Of a stretch of DNA of 64,000 nt, positions 1-13,926 are shown piece after piece. Location: positions 434,001 through 498,000 of the forward strand of contig NW_026515678.1 in the NCBI RefSeq assembly GCF_025526975.1, read 5' to 3'. The stretch's first letter is position 1, and every line of letters begins with the position of its first letter. The position numbers and the translations under genes are program-made. This DNA comes from Fimicolochytrium jonesii. Taxonomy: Eukaryota. The notes under the pieces are model-generated. The model did no database searches. It saw only the letters and a program-made list of their open reading frames with translations, and was not told where the DNA came from.

Positions 1-978
1 TACAAGCCAAACCGAACGAGGGGATCTTTGACAGCAGCCGAACGATGGAGTGCATACATAGCCGCTGTAGACTGTCGTTGCCATATGTCAAGCGAACCAG
101 GCGTCCCATGTGCATGAGGAAGCCGGCATCAAGCAGTCGTATTTGGACGTCCTCTAAAAGAACACTGCAATAAGACATTGTCTGAACTCCTTTCAATACG
201 ACCACATGCCCTTTCACGTACCGCACAGAGTAAGCTGATGCGCCAAAAGCTGTACTCAAAGTCAGCTAAACGCCAAATCTCGCATGAGATCAAACCCGCG
301 CCTCACCAAAGTCCAATGAACCAAATCATCAACGCAAGAACCAGAGAGCGCAATGATGGAAGCCAGCGGAGGAATAACACCGTATCGAACGATCCGCACA
401 GCGCGGCTCTCGCTCCCGTCGATCAGCCGACACAGACCCATTAGCGCGAGTCGGGAGACGTCTTGGTCCGTGGACGATAGGAGGAGCTCGACGAGCTTCT
501 TGAGGAAGCCGCGACGGGCGAGGTCCTTGCTAAATGTTTCCTTGTTAGATCAGATGGGGATCGATGCCGTGCCCAGATTCAAGGAACCAACCGATATTCT
601 TCATTCTTAGCAAGCTGATGCACGGTGCTCAGAGCGGTTCGAACGGTGCTCAGCGGCCTCCCCGGTTGCAACGCATCCATGATGACCGAAGACTGTTTCA
701 TCCTGCTCAGAAGCAACTGGACTACGTTCATCCGCAACTGTGGATTGGTGCAGGATAGCATTTCTTATTGAGGAGCATGTCAAAATCATGATTGATGGGC
801 TCATGGCTACATGGATATGATTCTTTCGCTGACCTTGCAGTTCATGAACCTTAATCACTATGCACACAAACAACGCTCAGACCACTTTTACATACGCGAG
901 TTTTGTAGCAATTTGAGGATACCCACCGTCCTTCGACCGCCGCCTCCTCCCAGAATGCGGACCATGGTCCAGCGACAT
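1..978 (-). CDS. Armadillo/HEAT-repeat-like protein, multi-exon, runs off left edge
   Basis: Minus-strand exons read e.g. 'GFLKKLVELLLSSTDQDVSRLALMGLCRLI...IVRYGVIPPLASII' (ARM-like) and 'LSTVRTALSTVHQLAKNEEYR'. Candidate ATG at 978; exon boundaries approximate. Confidence 0.5.
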
Positions 979-1269
979 CTTTGCTAGCGCTTTCCTTGAA
1001 TGCAGGCCGTGGCGAAGGCGGAATTGGTTGCGAAAAAGGGCTAGTTCCAAAGTCAATAAGGCCAAACGTGGCTGCGCATCGCGTCGATTACGTGTGGACG
1101 CGACTCCAACGCGCTGGTGTCCGAAGGTGAGTTCTCATCAGAATTTGGACAACGACCTGGTAAAACAGCAATTAGAAGCTCCAATATCGGATTCAGCACA
1201 TCCCGGTCCTAGGCGAATATATCATAGAGAAAGATTCCAAAACCATCGGGAGCGGACAACACTGAGAAA

Positions 1270-4200
1270 ATGGCCGCCGCTGCCGCCGATAATGCTGCCT
1301 TGGCTGCCGGAGCCGCAGCACTGGCAGCTATGGCAGAGCAAGAGGCGATGGGAAACGAGCGGGTGGAGGCCGAGATACCCGACGAGCTAAAAGAGCAGCC
1401 GCCGCCTGAGAGTTTATTTGCTCTGGATAAGCGCATGGATGAGGTACCGTTTCCCACATGCATATGGCATACGGCGAAAACCTGGGAGTCATAATGACTT
1501 CTGTTGATAGCTGTTATCCGATATCAAAGTTTTACAGCAACAGCGGGCGAAGGACTATCAAAACACGAGTGGGAGAGTTGACCGGCTGGCTGCGTTCCAA
1601 TCCATAAGGTATGCACTTCGAGGAGTACCCTGAACCTGAACAGGATTGTTAACATCTCTCAGTGTGTTCGAAAAGTACAAGCATATGCGCGCGGAGCGCA
1701 TAGAGGAAATAGTCAAGACCAGCGTCCCAGAGAGAGCTGCAAGCTCCTCCAAGCTCATAGCTGATGAGGTATGTGTGCTGAATCCAAGCGCTTTCTTTTT
1801 TGGCTGCTCCTGACATTTCTTTCGCGCAGCTCGATACCTACTGGCAACTTGATGATAGTCTAGCGCACGACCAGCTACTCGTAATGCTGGTGGATTTCTT
1901 CAAGCATAAAGCATCTCTCCTGTTGGAGCAAAACGCCCTCATGCTCTCAAGATGGGCTCGTTTCTGCCGAACATCACATGACGTCGCCAATTTCTTCCCT
2001 GTGTTCCAACGGTATCAAGAACATCTACATGCTGAATATGTGGACACAGCAGAAAGGTTCGAAAGGCTGTCGGAGGCGCACGAAGCCCATCTACAAAAGC
2101 TGAGGGAGGAGGAGGTAAGGCACATATTACATATTTCCGTATGGGACGCCTGACCAAATCCTTGAACGTAGGCGCGAGCAGAAGCCGACAGAATCGAGCA
2201 AGAGAGACGTGGCCTGCTTCCTGGGCGGGCAAAGCCGGCTGGAACACCGTCAGGAAAGAGTCGAGCAACCACCAAGTCTTCTGGGGTATCGAATGATCAA
2301 GATACTGGGAAGAGCAATGGTTCTGGCGCAAGCAACTCGGATGGGCTAGGACTGGGTCACAGCGACCTCGGTGATGACCCACAATTCGACATTGGCGACC
2401 TGGTCGTGTTCTTACGCTGGGCTATAACCCATGGGGTTGGTCGAAAGCATGTTCAGATCTTCTTGCAAAGAGCCAAGGTGCGTCCGACACATCCAATCTA
2501 AGTTTAGCCCTTTCTTCAGTTGTGCTTGTGTCGCTTATGCTCAAACAGATGTTCGTGCACAGCGATCGGATCCAATTCATCAAAGACTATCGAATGATAT
2601 GTAACACGAAACCCTCCCAAGGATCGCTTAACACCCTGAATGCGTTCGAAGGGATCAACAAGTATGTGATTCCGGCGTGAATACTGAAATACGCAATCGC
2701 ACCTCTAACACGACATCTTTCAGTTACATTGAGAATCTCCCTGTGAAAAGGTCATCCATAGAGGATTTCCTGACGGAGTTCGATATTCTGGTCGGATACT
2801 GGAACATGGAAACTCCGATTTTCCGGGAAGATGGAAGACCTTTCGCATACGAGGCGGACTCTAAGTTCCGAGAGGCCTTTGCGAAGCAATCCGCCGAAAG
2901 CTCCTTTCCGCCCTATGAAGGCATCTCAAGTTCGGATATTGATGGGCCGGCCCCTCCAGGAGACGCTAGCAGAGCCCAGCCGCCTGGGCCAGCACAAACC
3001 ACTGCTCCGCCGAAATCTTTGGCTGCGATATCTGGCATTTTCTCGCATCCTGGGTACAAAAGTGAGGAGAACCGTTGGGTCGCGTAGCTTGTGGTGACAC
3101 CTAACTGAACTTGCATTCGGGTGTAGATGCCAACATTCCACGGCTCATCCACGCGGACTGGCTGGATAATCTGCGCTACTTCTCAGACCCAGAAGTGTGG
3201 AGGCAGGGTCAGCTGGATTTTCTGGGACAGGTATGCTGCTGAGAGAGCAAGAGTTCCCCGCATATGGACACCCACCGACCCTATTCCGAACAGCTAATAG
3301 ATATAGACTTCGAGCTCCGATACGAGCATGATGTTCTGTTATCGAATGATCTGGAATACACCGTCAGCAAGCTTAAAGAGGCAGCACGCCGAATCTATGA
3401 GATGGGAACCTCTTCACAGGGTGGCAATCCCGGCAATAGCGGGTTCAACCGAGCCAACTCCGATCAAATGGGACACGATCGAGCCAATGAGAGCGACAGT
3501 TCCGCGGTTATCATCGCTAGCTCGAACATGCCAAGCAAGACGTTCGAGTTGGGAATCAAGGTTCCTGATCCGCAGGACATGGAGTCAGCGAAAGACTACC
3601 GCGTCTTGGATGGCAAAAAGCACGCATATGGCGTACTGTTGCGTAAAAGCGCTGAGATGGAAAAGATGGAACAAGCTGTTGCAGGGGACGGCGAATTTGG
3701 AGCTTCAAATGCTGGAAGGATAGCTGGTCCTATGGTCTCCGCGTTGTTCTCAGAACACGAGATCATGTCTTTCCTGCAACTACGGCATGTGCGCATCCGG
3801 AATTTGAGGAACTCCTTGCTGTCTCAGTTCAACTTTTATCGGTCTGTGGAGAAGCGCTTGACGATGGACCTGCATGAAACTTCAGCCCGCGTGAACGCAG
3901 ACGTCTCCGATCCGATCCGTGCGCGGGAACAAGGACCCGACATCTTGGCAGCTTCCGCGGCTGCAACACATATGTGGCATCAGCAAGAACTCTTTGACAT
4001 GCCTGATGCCGAGCGAGGAGGGCCTGGTGGGGCACCGGCAGGCGCGTCTGGACCAGCCAAACCCATCCTCCCATCCGAGGACATCCGTCAGCTATGGAAT
4101 AACCAAATGATCATCAAAGATCAGAAGGGCACTCCGCTCATGTACGGTGAGTTTGAAGCCGCTTTGAATCCTCCAAACGGCTTCTAGACCTTATAACTTC

Positions 4201-7200
4201 TCAACTCAGATGCGGCGATAGAGGACATGAAGAGCCATGAAGCGATTCTTCTGAAGCTGGCCACCATGTATATCAACCATGGCCGGGCAAGTCGCGAGGG
4301 CAGGGAAGACGACGAAGTTTTTGCCAAAGATTTGGAGGCTGAACGAGCATATGGGGAAGCTATCCGATTGCGCATCGCCGAGCGAAAATGTGAGTTCAGT
4401 TTTATATGCGAGCTGTAGCTCTCCACCCTGAGGAGGCGAGCCTAATCCCATCTTGTTTTGTAGCGGAGGTTCTGCAATTCATCGAGGGTAGATACACTTT
4501 TCTCAACCCAAATGCGGATAGGATGCAAATGCTTTTGGAGCTCTACGACCACGAAGTCAAATTCCAATTTGCAAAAATTGAGGTAACCATCATCCCGAAC
4601 CAACTTTTTCCTCGAACGTCCCGAAATATTTACGATGTTGTGATTTTCCAGTTGATCAATGCATATCTGGAGATTTATGAGCACACCAGCGATCCGAAGA
4701 GCATCAAGGAGATAGGCCAGCTGATAACGAACATCGTTCATACTCGCCCTGGATATGACTTTGAGGTAGTTATCCTGCCTACGAAAAGCGCTGATGGAAA
4801 CGATGACTGATCACAAGTTCTCCGTCATCTAGAGTCCATATTTCTCGAGGGCATACGCAATGGCAACTCGCACCTTCCGCATCCAAGCTCAGCTAATTCT
4901 TGACATGATCAAAGACGGGGTCGATCAGCACCGCAGCTGGTACCAGAAATGCTTTGGGCGTTTGGACCCAACACTGGCACAAAACGATCTTGACGGAAGC
5001 CAAGAGTTGACTGTCAAAGACGAGTGGGAGAACGCCGAGACCGCGAAAGGATTAAGGAAGCTGGACAGCCCGATTTCTGCCGGTTTGCCACCGAAAGAGG
5101 ATGGTGAAAAACAAACCGTCACAATGCACCATGCATCTGTCATCCTGGGCATGACCGAGTTTGTTCCCACACTGGATGGCATCATACAGATTCACAAGAT
5201 TGCGTTCAGTGCAGCGTCAGAGATGTTTGGGGTTACAGAAGAGTTGTTTCGACAGGGAAGGGCGTCGAACCTTGTGGACAGTAAGAAGAAACCGATTGCC
5301 AAAATCGACAGACAAGCGGTGGAATGTGCTGTATGGAAGGGATTCCACAACATGTGGCAGGCCCTCTATGACCACAGTTTCCATATACCTCAGCCACGAA
5401 ACCGGCGGCTCATAGGGCGAATTGATGCGGAACTCTGGATGGAGAACCCGCTGATGCCCGATATCATTCTGATGGACCACTATCAAACTTACGGCAAAAC
5501 GGATGCGGAGCCCGAACTGAAACATATTGCTGCCCGCACTCCATTTACAGATCCGGTATTCAAGCCGAAGGCAGCACATATCTGCCAGCGCCTGATCAAG
5601 CTAGTGGTACTGAAGGATAGGCTCTATTATTCATGGCGCAGTACCGAGAACTGGCGGAGAATCTACGAAGGGCAGTTTCCGCAGCTTAATGTCAACAAAG
5701 ATGCGTTTACGGGCAGATTGAACTCGTTAAAGTTCGATTTCCCGGATGTGGCAGATAATACCGCCGTGGAAGAAGATTATGAGGAGGAGACCACGGACGG
5801 TGGCCCAGATGATGCGCAACAGGTGGCGGCAGAGTCGGACGATGAACGAGACCCTGCAGTGCAATTCGGGCATTCTTACCTGCGCTTTGGCCCGCTAGCT
5901 GTTGCCGAGCTTGACGAGCATCTGGCTTCAGCGATTTCACTGCCGACTCCTTCGGCCCCATTTGACCTATCGACTGTTTCCGGTATCAATACCAGCTTGC
6001 GGCCAGAGCCTATGCGGCAGATGGCTTTCAGTTTGAAGATTCAGACTGTAGAGAAGTTTTGGCATATGGCAGCCGTTGAACTGCATCACTTGCTGCTATC
6101 GGAAGTGCACGCCAAGCTGCTCATCGAGGGCACTCCTGCAAAGATTGAAAAAGCGAAAGGTTGGGAGCGGCGAAGCCCTCAACGCCATGGCGAAACGCCG
6201 ACAACACAAAAAACGCTCGATGTGGACTATCGCCTTCTCATTACCGCCATCGTGCCAAAAAAGAAAGCGTTACGCAAAATGATGCTCACGGAGTACAATA
6301 AAGGGTTCCGAACCAGCGGAAACATGACCGAAGAAGAACGTGATCAAGTCTCGACAACATACAAATACAATCTGTACGAATGGTACTACAATAACATGCT
6401 GGAGATCACACTCGAGGAGTGTGAGAGAGCAGAATACGCGAAAATCATGATTGACTTCCGCAATACGGTCCAAAAGACTTCCTATGGACGTCTCCTGTTT
6501 CGGTCGACGAAAGTTGCGCGCCACTTCGATTATTTCTCGAATCAGGATAAGCCATCCGGGGCAGAGGCGGAATTGGATCCTTCGCAGCTCAGTATGGATG
6601 GCGTGGCCACTCAGGAAATCATTCAGACGGATCTCGTTACAACCGAGAAAATCTCCAAACTATGGTTTCTTCCCTCAGTAACCGAAATCGTCATGACCTC
6701 AAACTCGAGCGAAAAGTCCCCAAAAGGGCCGTTTGATCTGTCTCAGAGGGTCTATCGCAATATCGGCACATTTAGGAAAGCTCTCAGCATCCAGTCTATG
6801 CTGTTGGACATCTTCTTGTTCGTCAAGTCATATGCACATTTGCTGCAAGACAACAGACGTTATGTTGTCCAAGGTAAGCTCAAGTTCAAAAAGTTGGAAT
6901 ATGTTTAGCGAACCTCAGCATTTGCGTTTTGCACAGTGCGCCAAGTTCGTGAGGCCGATTACGTCGTGAACACCATTGGCGCCATCAAGAAGGATATGTC
7001 TTACCAAGGACAACAAGCAGACTTTGTGCGAGTGGAACAGTATTTGGCAGCGAAATGGAAGCTTTGGATCTTGAAGTTGAAATTGGCACTTGGCTGCTCC
7101 ATGTATACTCTGGGAATGACAGTCAAGCCATACGCATATATGCGACTGCTGTCTTATCAGGAAAACCTGGCGAAAGAAGAAATACCGGACTCCATACCTC

Positions 7201-10200
7201 TCTTCCAGCAACTTACGACAGTCAGAAGGATCTGTTTCACGCCGCGCATAACGCCTTATCCCAGTCCACACATCTTTGGGGGTACAGGGCTCAAAACTGA
7301 TGCCAAGCGGTTATGCGATAAGAAAATCCTAGAGCTGGAAGAATGCTTGGATGAATTTCTGCAAGCCACGATGCTGAACTTCGGTGAAAATGCAGACGAA
7401 GTGAACCGTCTCCAGAGCGATTTCTTGCTTACGGGCCTCAAGCTGTTGGCGCTGCGTCGCAAGTTCTTAGCGGGCATTGTACCCAGTGGCATAATCCATG
7501 TACGTGTTTTGTCTTTGAGCAATGAAAGCGCCGGAGGAATGAACTGATATCAACGCATCTCCCCCTCACAGACTCGCGAGCAGTTGCAGGAGTTCTTTCG
7601 CCTGTACAAGATGAAAGTCATGGTACCGGCCATACGTCTTTATCACAAAATGGGAGCGAAGGGAAATGCCAGCATACGTAAGATATAATAGGAGCTTTTT
7701 GTGAATTCTCCCAAGCTCACTCTTCTTTCCTGCAGCGATGTTGCTGAGGGACGAGATGGTAACTGCTACTGTGGACTTTGACTTCAACCGAATCGCCCAA
7801 GCGGTAAGGGTTCTGCAATTATGATACACTTTCTTTGGCATCACATTCGTCAAGATCTCACACCATTCACGATTTGATAGCTCTTCGATCGCTGTCAGGT
7901 TGCAGTCCTACAAACCGAGCTTCAGCGCGAATACACATTCAAGCTTATTCGTCAAACTCGAATCTTTTATGATCGATTGGCGGACGAGCGCACCGGCCGC
8001 CTGTTCAGGGTCTACGATAGCTTGGATATTCCGTCGTCCACAGCTAACAAGGCCTTTGCATTCCGGATGACTGAGGATGATTATGCTGTTAAGACCGCAA
8101 TGATTCACGATTTCGTCAAGGACCTCTGGCGAGCGAATTCAGCTTTGGTGCGCCCTTTCTCTGCATTGTGTCCTATTTACCTCAGGGTTACTCATTCTTT
8201 TCGGTCAACTAGCTGAAGGAGATCCAGGAACCAGAAAAGAACATGCCCGCCAATAAGCAGCCAAAGGTTGTTAGTGGCCCCAATCCGCTCTTAGAGCACG
8301 GAAGAGTCTTTACGTGTACCAGAGATATGCTTGGTCAAGCGGTGCGTTGAGTTACTTTGTCTTTGAAATCTGGAATGTGCTCCTAAATGCTTTCCTTATC
8401 ACAACGCAGATCACCAAGCTAGCTCGACAAATGAGCAAATGGCAGGAGAAACGGCGAGGGGAGCAAGAACACTTCATGGGCACATTGATGGGCCGAATGA
8501 TGGAGATGGCCAAAACAGGGGAGAAGCTTGTTAAGCACTTGGTGCAGGAGAAGAAGGAATGGATGGAGGTATGGACATGACACCCTGAACGCGCAAAAAG
8601 GGCTTGAGGTAACGAGACGCTTGAAACCAAACCTAGACGTACAAGAGAGATGTCAGAGTCTCCGCATTCCAGCTCAGCAGCGAACTTCACACGGAACTAG
8701 CGTCCACATCCGTTGAGTTGGCCGATTTGCGGAAACAACGACGAACGGATGAGAGACGAATCCGATATCGGATTCTAGACGAGTATGATGATCTCGTACA
8801 AGAGCTGGTCATGGAAATCAACGTGCTTAGAAACCGCTTCTCGGAATATCGCGTAAACACATTCCAGGAAGTGATGAGCATCATGAGCGAAGCGAAGAAG
8901 GACGAGCTTCACGTGCTCATTGATAATCAGGAGATGCCGGCGAACATGAAGGACAGTGCCAAGTGGATGATCCGACATGAGGAGGAGGCCCAGGCTTTGA
9001 GACAAGAAAACCACGAGTTGAAAATGACCCTGCTGAAAGTACGCTCGATGTTTATCATCAAGGAGCAAGCCTTGCGCTCCATGTACGAGAAAAAGACGCG
9101 CAAACTAGCTGAGGGGAGCAAGTCCGCGGAAGAGAAGCTGTGGGATAGCTATCGAGAAGCGGAAGTACGCGAAAGTACGCTGAGGAGGCAGCTTGCCAAG
9201 GCTCAAAAGACCTTGAGCAGCAAAGAAGCGGAGTGCGACACGCTTCAACGGCACCTCCGCGAGGAGCAACAGAGAGTTCGGCAATTGACACCAATCACGA
9301 GTAGCAAAGATCGGGCTGTTTCCGCTGGTGCCGGTGGCCGCCGATACGCTGCTGTCGGTGGTGATAACGATCTGAACAAGATTGCGGAGCTTCAAGACAG
9401 ACTTAGCAGATACGAGGCGCTCAAGATTGACCTCATCCTCAACGAACTACAAGAGAAGACCAAGCTGGTGGAGCAAATGGTGGACGAAAAGCGGAAGAAA
9501 GGCGGTGTGGGCCAAACCGGGCGAGCAGGCGGGATGGCCGGTGACAGGAGCAGCGGAGGCCATCCATCTGACCACCGTCGAAGAGCTGTATCGGCTCGAT
9601 TAGCCAGACCACCAATGGTCATTAAAGCTATAGCACCGCGACGGAAGGGTCTGGGACCTTACAGTGAATATCGGGAGTGGACTGCAGAGGATGAGTCGCT
9701 CTCAGGACCCGGACAAAAGATCGAGAAAGCCGTGAACGATCACATGGTCGAGAAAATGAACAACCTAGCCCTCCAGAACAAGATTTTACGCCAAGTACTT
9801 GAACAGTGCAACATACCCGTACCGTCAGAGGCTGGTGATTTTATGGAAGAGTCGCCTCTCAAGCGAGGCACATCGGAATCGAGAAAAAGCGTCATGTGGG
9901 TGGATCAACAACAGCCCAGCACCTCGGACGATCTGAACTCCGAAGACGAAAACGATGACGAACCCGATGGCAATGGAGACCTACCAAGTACACCGAAAGC
10001 AAGGCCGGCGCAAAGCGCACCACCAGGGGGTCGATTGCGCGCAGCCCAACTCCGATCGAAACCCCTGGGAAGTGCTGCATCAGCAGGCGATGTAAAGCGC
10101 CCACCACGACTACCACGTCCAAATTCATTTGGTCTGGAGCCGGGACCAGTCGTCGGATCGGAAGGCCGCTTATCCGGTGCCCGTGAGTCGGCGACACCTG

Positions 10201-10596
10201 GATCATCCACGACCTCTCTCGGGCCCGAAGAGATGCAAAAGAGCGTGCAACCGGGCTCCACGAGAAGCATCAGAGCAGCTTCAGCAGTGTCGCTCACCGG
10301 GTCTACCGTGTCCGTGCGACAGTCTTCTTCTCTTTTGCACTCAAGACCAACGTCAGCATCGGATTACAGAATATCAGATGGTAAGAACTCAGACTGGCGC
10401 ATATTCGCTTCCCGGTCACTCAGTAACACGGTTTTGCGATCTTCTAGCATTGCGTACTGGCACACCCCCGCCGTTACTACCTCAGTCTCGCACATCTAGT
10501 GCCCGTCGGGACTCGGTGGGTTCACTCCATGCTTCGGGATCCGAAGCTCGGTTTTCGCTACCTTCATCACCACGTCCGATGACTCCGCGAATTTGA
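1270..10596 (+). CDS. Very large multi-exon coiled-coil protein, N-terminal region resembles DUF4549/CCDC162-like
   Basis: Chain of same-strand ORFs (1270, 1800, 2677, 3264, 4860-6908, 6936, 8718-10499) joined by short GT..AG introns. 'MLSRWARFCRTSHDV...EYVDTAERFERL' resembles DUF4549 from memory. Coiled-coil C-terminal half. A last intron at ~10381-10447 puts the stop at 10596. Confidence 0.6.
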
Positions 10597-10965
10597 ACAA
10601 GTTTCATTTCTCCTCACACACCTTCGATTTGTAAATCGAGATCTGTCTCGGACGCCCAATATATGGGTTTATTTAGCTCTTATACATATACGAATCCAAC
10701 GGAGTAAGCACAGTATGGGCCTATGGTCTCGGTGGGCGGAATTGAACCCTTTTGCACCTCTTCGCGTGACGTACAGTCAACGGACATAAACCTGTGCACC
10801 CCCTCTAATTGAAATCAAAGTCGGTCACTCACGTGAATTTGGCGTTGCGGCAGTCGCTGATTTATATCGTCTCAAAGTCCCTCGGATACCCATCATCCAC
10901 ACACTCCCGCCCACGAACAACCTCGTTGGAGCCAAATCATCCGCTTGTCATACTGTCCGTGCCTT

Positions 10966-11660
10966 TCACGCCTTGGGTTTGCGGTACCGGTCTATATCTC
11001 CCTGGCAGTTGGTCGATCCGCAGCAGCACTGGACAGCAATCGACAGGGTTTTAGATCTTGTGACTCAGCCCGTACCCAAACACTCATGTCCCTTCGCCTC
11101 GCCCTCACCTTGAAGTTCCATGCCGGATCCCAATAATCTGTATCATCCCCCAGGTTATACAATAATCTCCTCATCCTTCTTTACGGGCCGAGTGAGGATG
11201 ATATGGAGGTTGGAAAGTTTCGCGTTTGGGTCACAGGAGTCTGAGATTAGAGGGGAAAGGAGGGGTGATTTAGAACGGGTTGTGCTGGAGTGTTGTGGGA
11301 TTAAGCAAACTTACGATTTGCGAATCGTGCGTCGGAGGTGGGGAGAAGCCTTAGCTGGGAATGAGAAAGGACGTTTAACTCCTGCATCATCTGATCTGAT
11401 ATCGTATGTCGCAAACAGATCACGGGTGACGATTGGAAGAAGCCTGATGTGCAGGCGCAACATGGGCTGGAGCATTTCTGATCGCATATCCGGAAGAACA
11501 TCATCAAGGCAAGGGCGAATGGTGCGAGAGAGGGTGAAAGTGATGGGAGGAGGAAGTTGCAGAGACTGGGTGTGGAGGGGGAGTTGTGAGAGAGGGTGAA
11601 GGTGGGGGTCTGGGCAAGGTGAGCCGCTTATGTGTATATATCAGATCTCTGGTGCGTTTG
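10966..11660 (-). pseudogene. SET-domain methyltransferase, C-terminal half (SET-C + post-SET), frameshifted
   Basis: Splicing introns 11241-11314 and 11029-11108 gives 'ARFAN|HSCDPNA...TRPVKKDEEII' then, in a shifted frame, 'YNLGDDTDYWDPAWNFK|CCCGSTNCQGDI' (NHSC motif and post-SET CxCGSxxC). In-frame TAA/frameshift near 11157. Confidence 0.75.
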
Positions 11661-11795
11661 CAGTGCTCTATTCAGTTACATTCCAAATGATATTTGAGAA
11701 TATATAGTGTTGATTAGTACAAGTTGCCTTCATCGGCGACGCCTCAGGCAGAGGTACAATGATGTGGATGGCAGATAACCACCACGGAAAATGGG
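11661..11795 (-). ncRNA. Candidate Fanzor omegaRNA scaffold (predicted guide = flank 11660-11646)
   Basis: Lies between the Fanzor stop (11813) and the element end. Three hand-foldable stem-loops on the minus strand: 11785-11764 (GTGGTGG..CCATCCAC), 11757-11717 (GTAC.TGCCT..AGGCA.GTAC), 11704-11677 (TATATTCTCAAAT..ATTTGGAATGTA). Confidence 0.5.
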
Positions 11796-11812
11796 ATGGG
11801 GTGAAATCTAGA

Positions 11813-12694
11813 CTACCCGTTACGGGAGAATGCGTCTGGTCTGCGGCCATTGCCAAACACCACCGAACGCACAATCGAGAGGAAATTCTTGGTGCTCAGG
11901 ACGTCCCGATTGTACACTCTCATCCATAGTCGTAGTGGTCGTCTTCCAGGAATCTCAAATGCTGTCCAGTCTTGGTTGATACATTCGGGGTTGGGGCAAC
12001 CCACCAATCCATGGACGTATTCCATTCTTCCCTTTCTAGCTTGCCATGGCCGAGATGACAGCTGCTGTCGGATGTTTTTCTTCACACGGCCGTGGCAGTC
12101 TGGGCACACAGAAGAAGTTCGATACTCATCTAGCAAGTAGCACGGAATGCTGTTCCTTGCAAAGAGTGTGCGGAATCTGATTTCCATGATGAGTTAGCAT
12201 ATTATAATACATAGTAGGTACCACGAATGATGGTCACTCACCCCTTGGTCTTCGATGACTCCTGAAAGCGCATGGTTTTTCCAGCGTCGCTCCAATCACC
12301 CAAGATGACCGAAAGATGCTTTCCATACAGGCGTTGCATGTTCTTGATGAGCTTGCTCTCAGACTTTTGCCGCAGTGAGAACGCCTTGAACCTGCGAGCA
12401 ACGTGAATCTCATCCTGGTAAAACTCATCCAGGGCGGGATCTGGGATATGGATGGATGTCAGCCCATGTGTTACTAAATTTGAAGACAGCGCATAATACA
12501 TCATACCTGCATGTATGTGATCCACAATGAACGCTGAGAACGCCTCGATGTTCATGCTCTTGTGCGATGGAATATGTGATTCCATCTCAGCGATGCCAGC
12601 ATTGATCTTTCGCTCTCGCATGTCTCTTTGAAAGTACCGAGACTTTGTCTCGACCGCCCGTTGATTGGATGTGTATCTGGTATGGGGTGGTGCA
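11813..12694 (-). pseudogene. Fanzor1 (TnpB-like RuvC nuclease), C-terminal part
   Basis: Splicing introns 12441-12506 and 12177-12241 gives 'RYTSNQRAVETKSRYF...RRFKAFSLRQKSESKLIKNM...VILGDWS...KGFRTLF...LLDEYRTSSVCPDC...VHGLVGCPNPEC...YNRDVLSTKNF'. This includes the Fanzor-type relocated RuvC-II Glu (DEYRTS), the zinc-finger Cys pairs and RuvC-III NRD. Confidence 0.9.
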
Positions 12695-13245
12695 TGTTAC
12701 GGACGACGCGCCCATACCGTAAGCTTACCTACTGACGGCCGCCAATGTCAACCGCCAAATGTCAAACGCCAATGTCAATGTCAATGTCAGTGTCAATGTC
12801 AGTGTCAATGTCAGTGTCAATGTCAATGTCAATGCCACTCCCCCTCTCTCATCTCATTTCGCCAATCCTCCCGCAATATCGCCACTCCTCCTCTCTCCTC
12901 TCATTTCGCAAATCCCCCCTCGGCTTCTCCACACCCCCCACTACTTCCCCATAGCCAGCAGCTGTAGCAATGCTCTCTACGCTCGCCACCCACGCTCTAG
13001 GAGCATAGCTGGCGCCCCCCCAGTCCCCTCTTGTTGTTGTTGTTCTCTGATCTGCTGGGTTGCCTATCTATAAATAGCCGGCCTCTCTTCGTCCATTCCC
13101 TTCCTCCCCAGCAGTTCAAAACCAGTTCTTCTCATCTCCTGTTCTAGTCCTTGCTTCTTGTTTCGCCAATACAATCTCTTGTCGCCTATCACACTCGCCC
13201 TGTCTTCTCTACTTCGCTTCCGCCCCCGTTGTCGAGATCATAACA
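12695..13245 (+). repeat. 5' LTR of outer retrotransposon (contains (TCAATG/TCAGTG)n array)
   Basis: Starts TGTTACGGACGACGCG, ends TCATAACA, contains TATAAATA; direct repeat of 24092-24628. Confidence 0.95.
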
Positions 13246-13926
13246 GTTTGATCTGCTCCAACACTGCGAAGTTCAGAACCTGTCCAGCCCTGCATCCGAC
13301 AAACCTTTTTCGCCATGTCCCAACCCGAGTCCGTACCTTTCACCGCCAAGCAATGGAACGATATGTGCCAAGCCATCGCCGCCTTGCAAACCCAAAACGC
13401 CAACTTGCAGGCCAACCTAGCGCAAGCCCAAGCCGACGCACAAGCTGCCCAGAGCATCGCCGCCCAGGTTCAAGCCGATATGTACACCCGTCCCCAAGTC
13501 GCCAACCCTGCTCTGGAGCCAAGAATCAGCTCGCCCGAGAAGTTTGATGGTACCCGCAGCAAATTCCGTGGGTGGTTGAACAACATCCGGTTGATGTTTG
13601 CTCTCCAGCCCAACCGCTACCCCAGCGACATCATCAAGATCCAAACTATTGGCACCTACCTCACCGGCACTGCGCAAGCCTGGATAGCGCCCCTAGTCGA
13701 ACGCCAAGATCACAGCCTTCAGGACTTCGATAGTTTTATCAGTCAGATGCAATCGGTCTTCGGAGACAGCGACAGGGTCCGCACCTCTGAAAACAAGCTC
13801 CAGAACCTTCGCCAAACCCGTGCAGCAACCAAGTACGTCGCTGAGTTCCGCCAGCTACAATGCAATGTCTCCTGGAACGCCCAGGCCCTGATTGCTACCT
13901 TCCGCCGTGGCCTCAAAGAAGACGTC

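Noticed and set aside
10724..10770. tRNA-like 3' end on the minus strand (GGTTCAATTCC...ACCA)
   Set aside because: The T-stem does not pair properly and no D-arm or anticodon arm can be built.
10772..10800. TA-CAGTC start resembling a Tc1/mariner TIR
   Set aside because: No inverted partner found in the window by eye.
12665..13073. ORFs with CQCQCQ / MSMSVS / NVNVSV repeats
   Set aside because: These are translations of the hexamer microsatellite within the LTR, also present in the 3' LTR.
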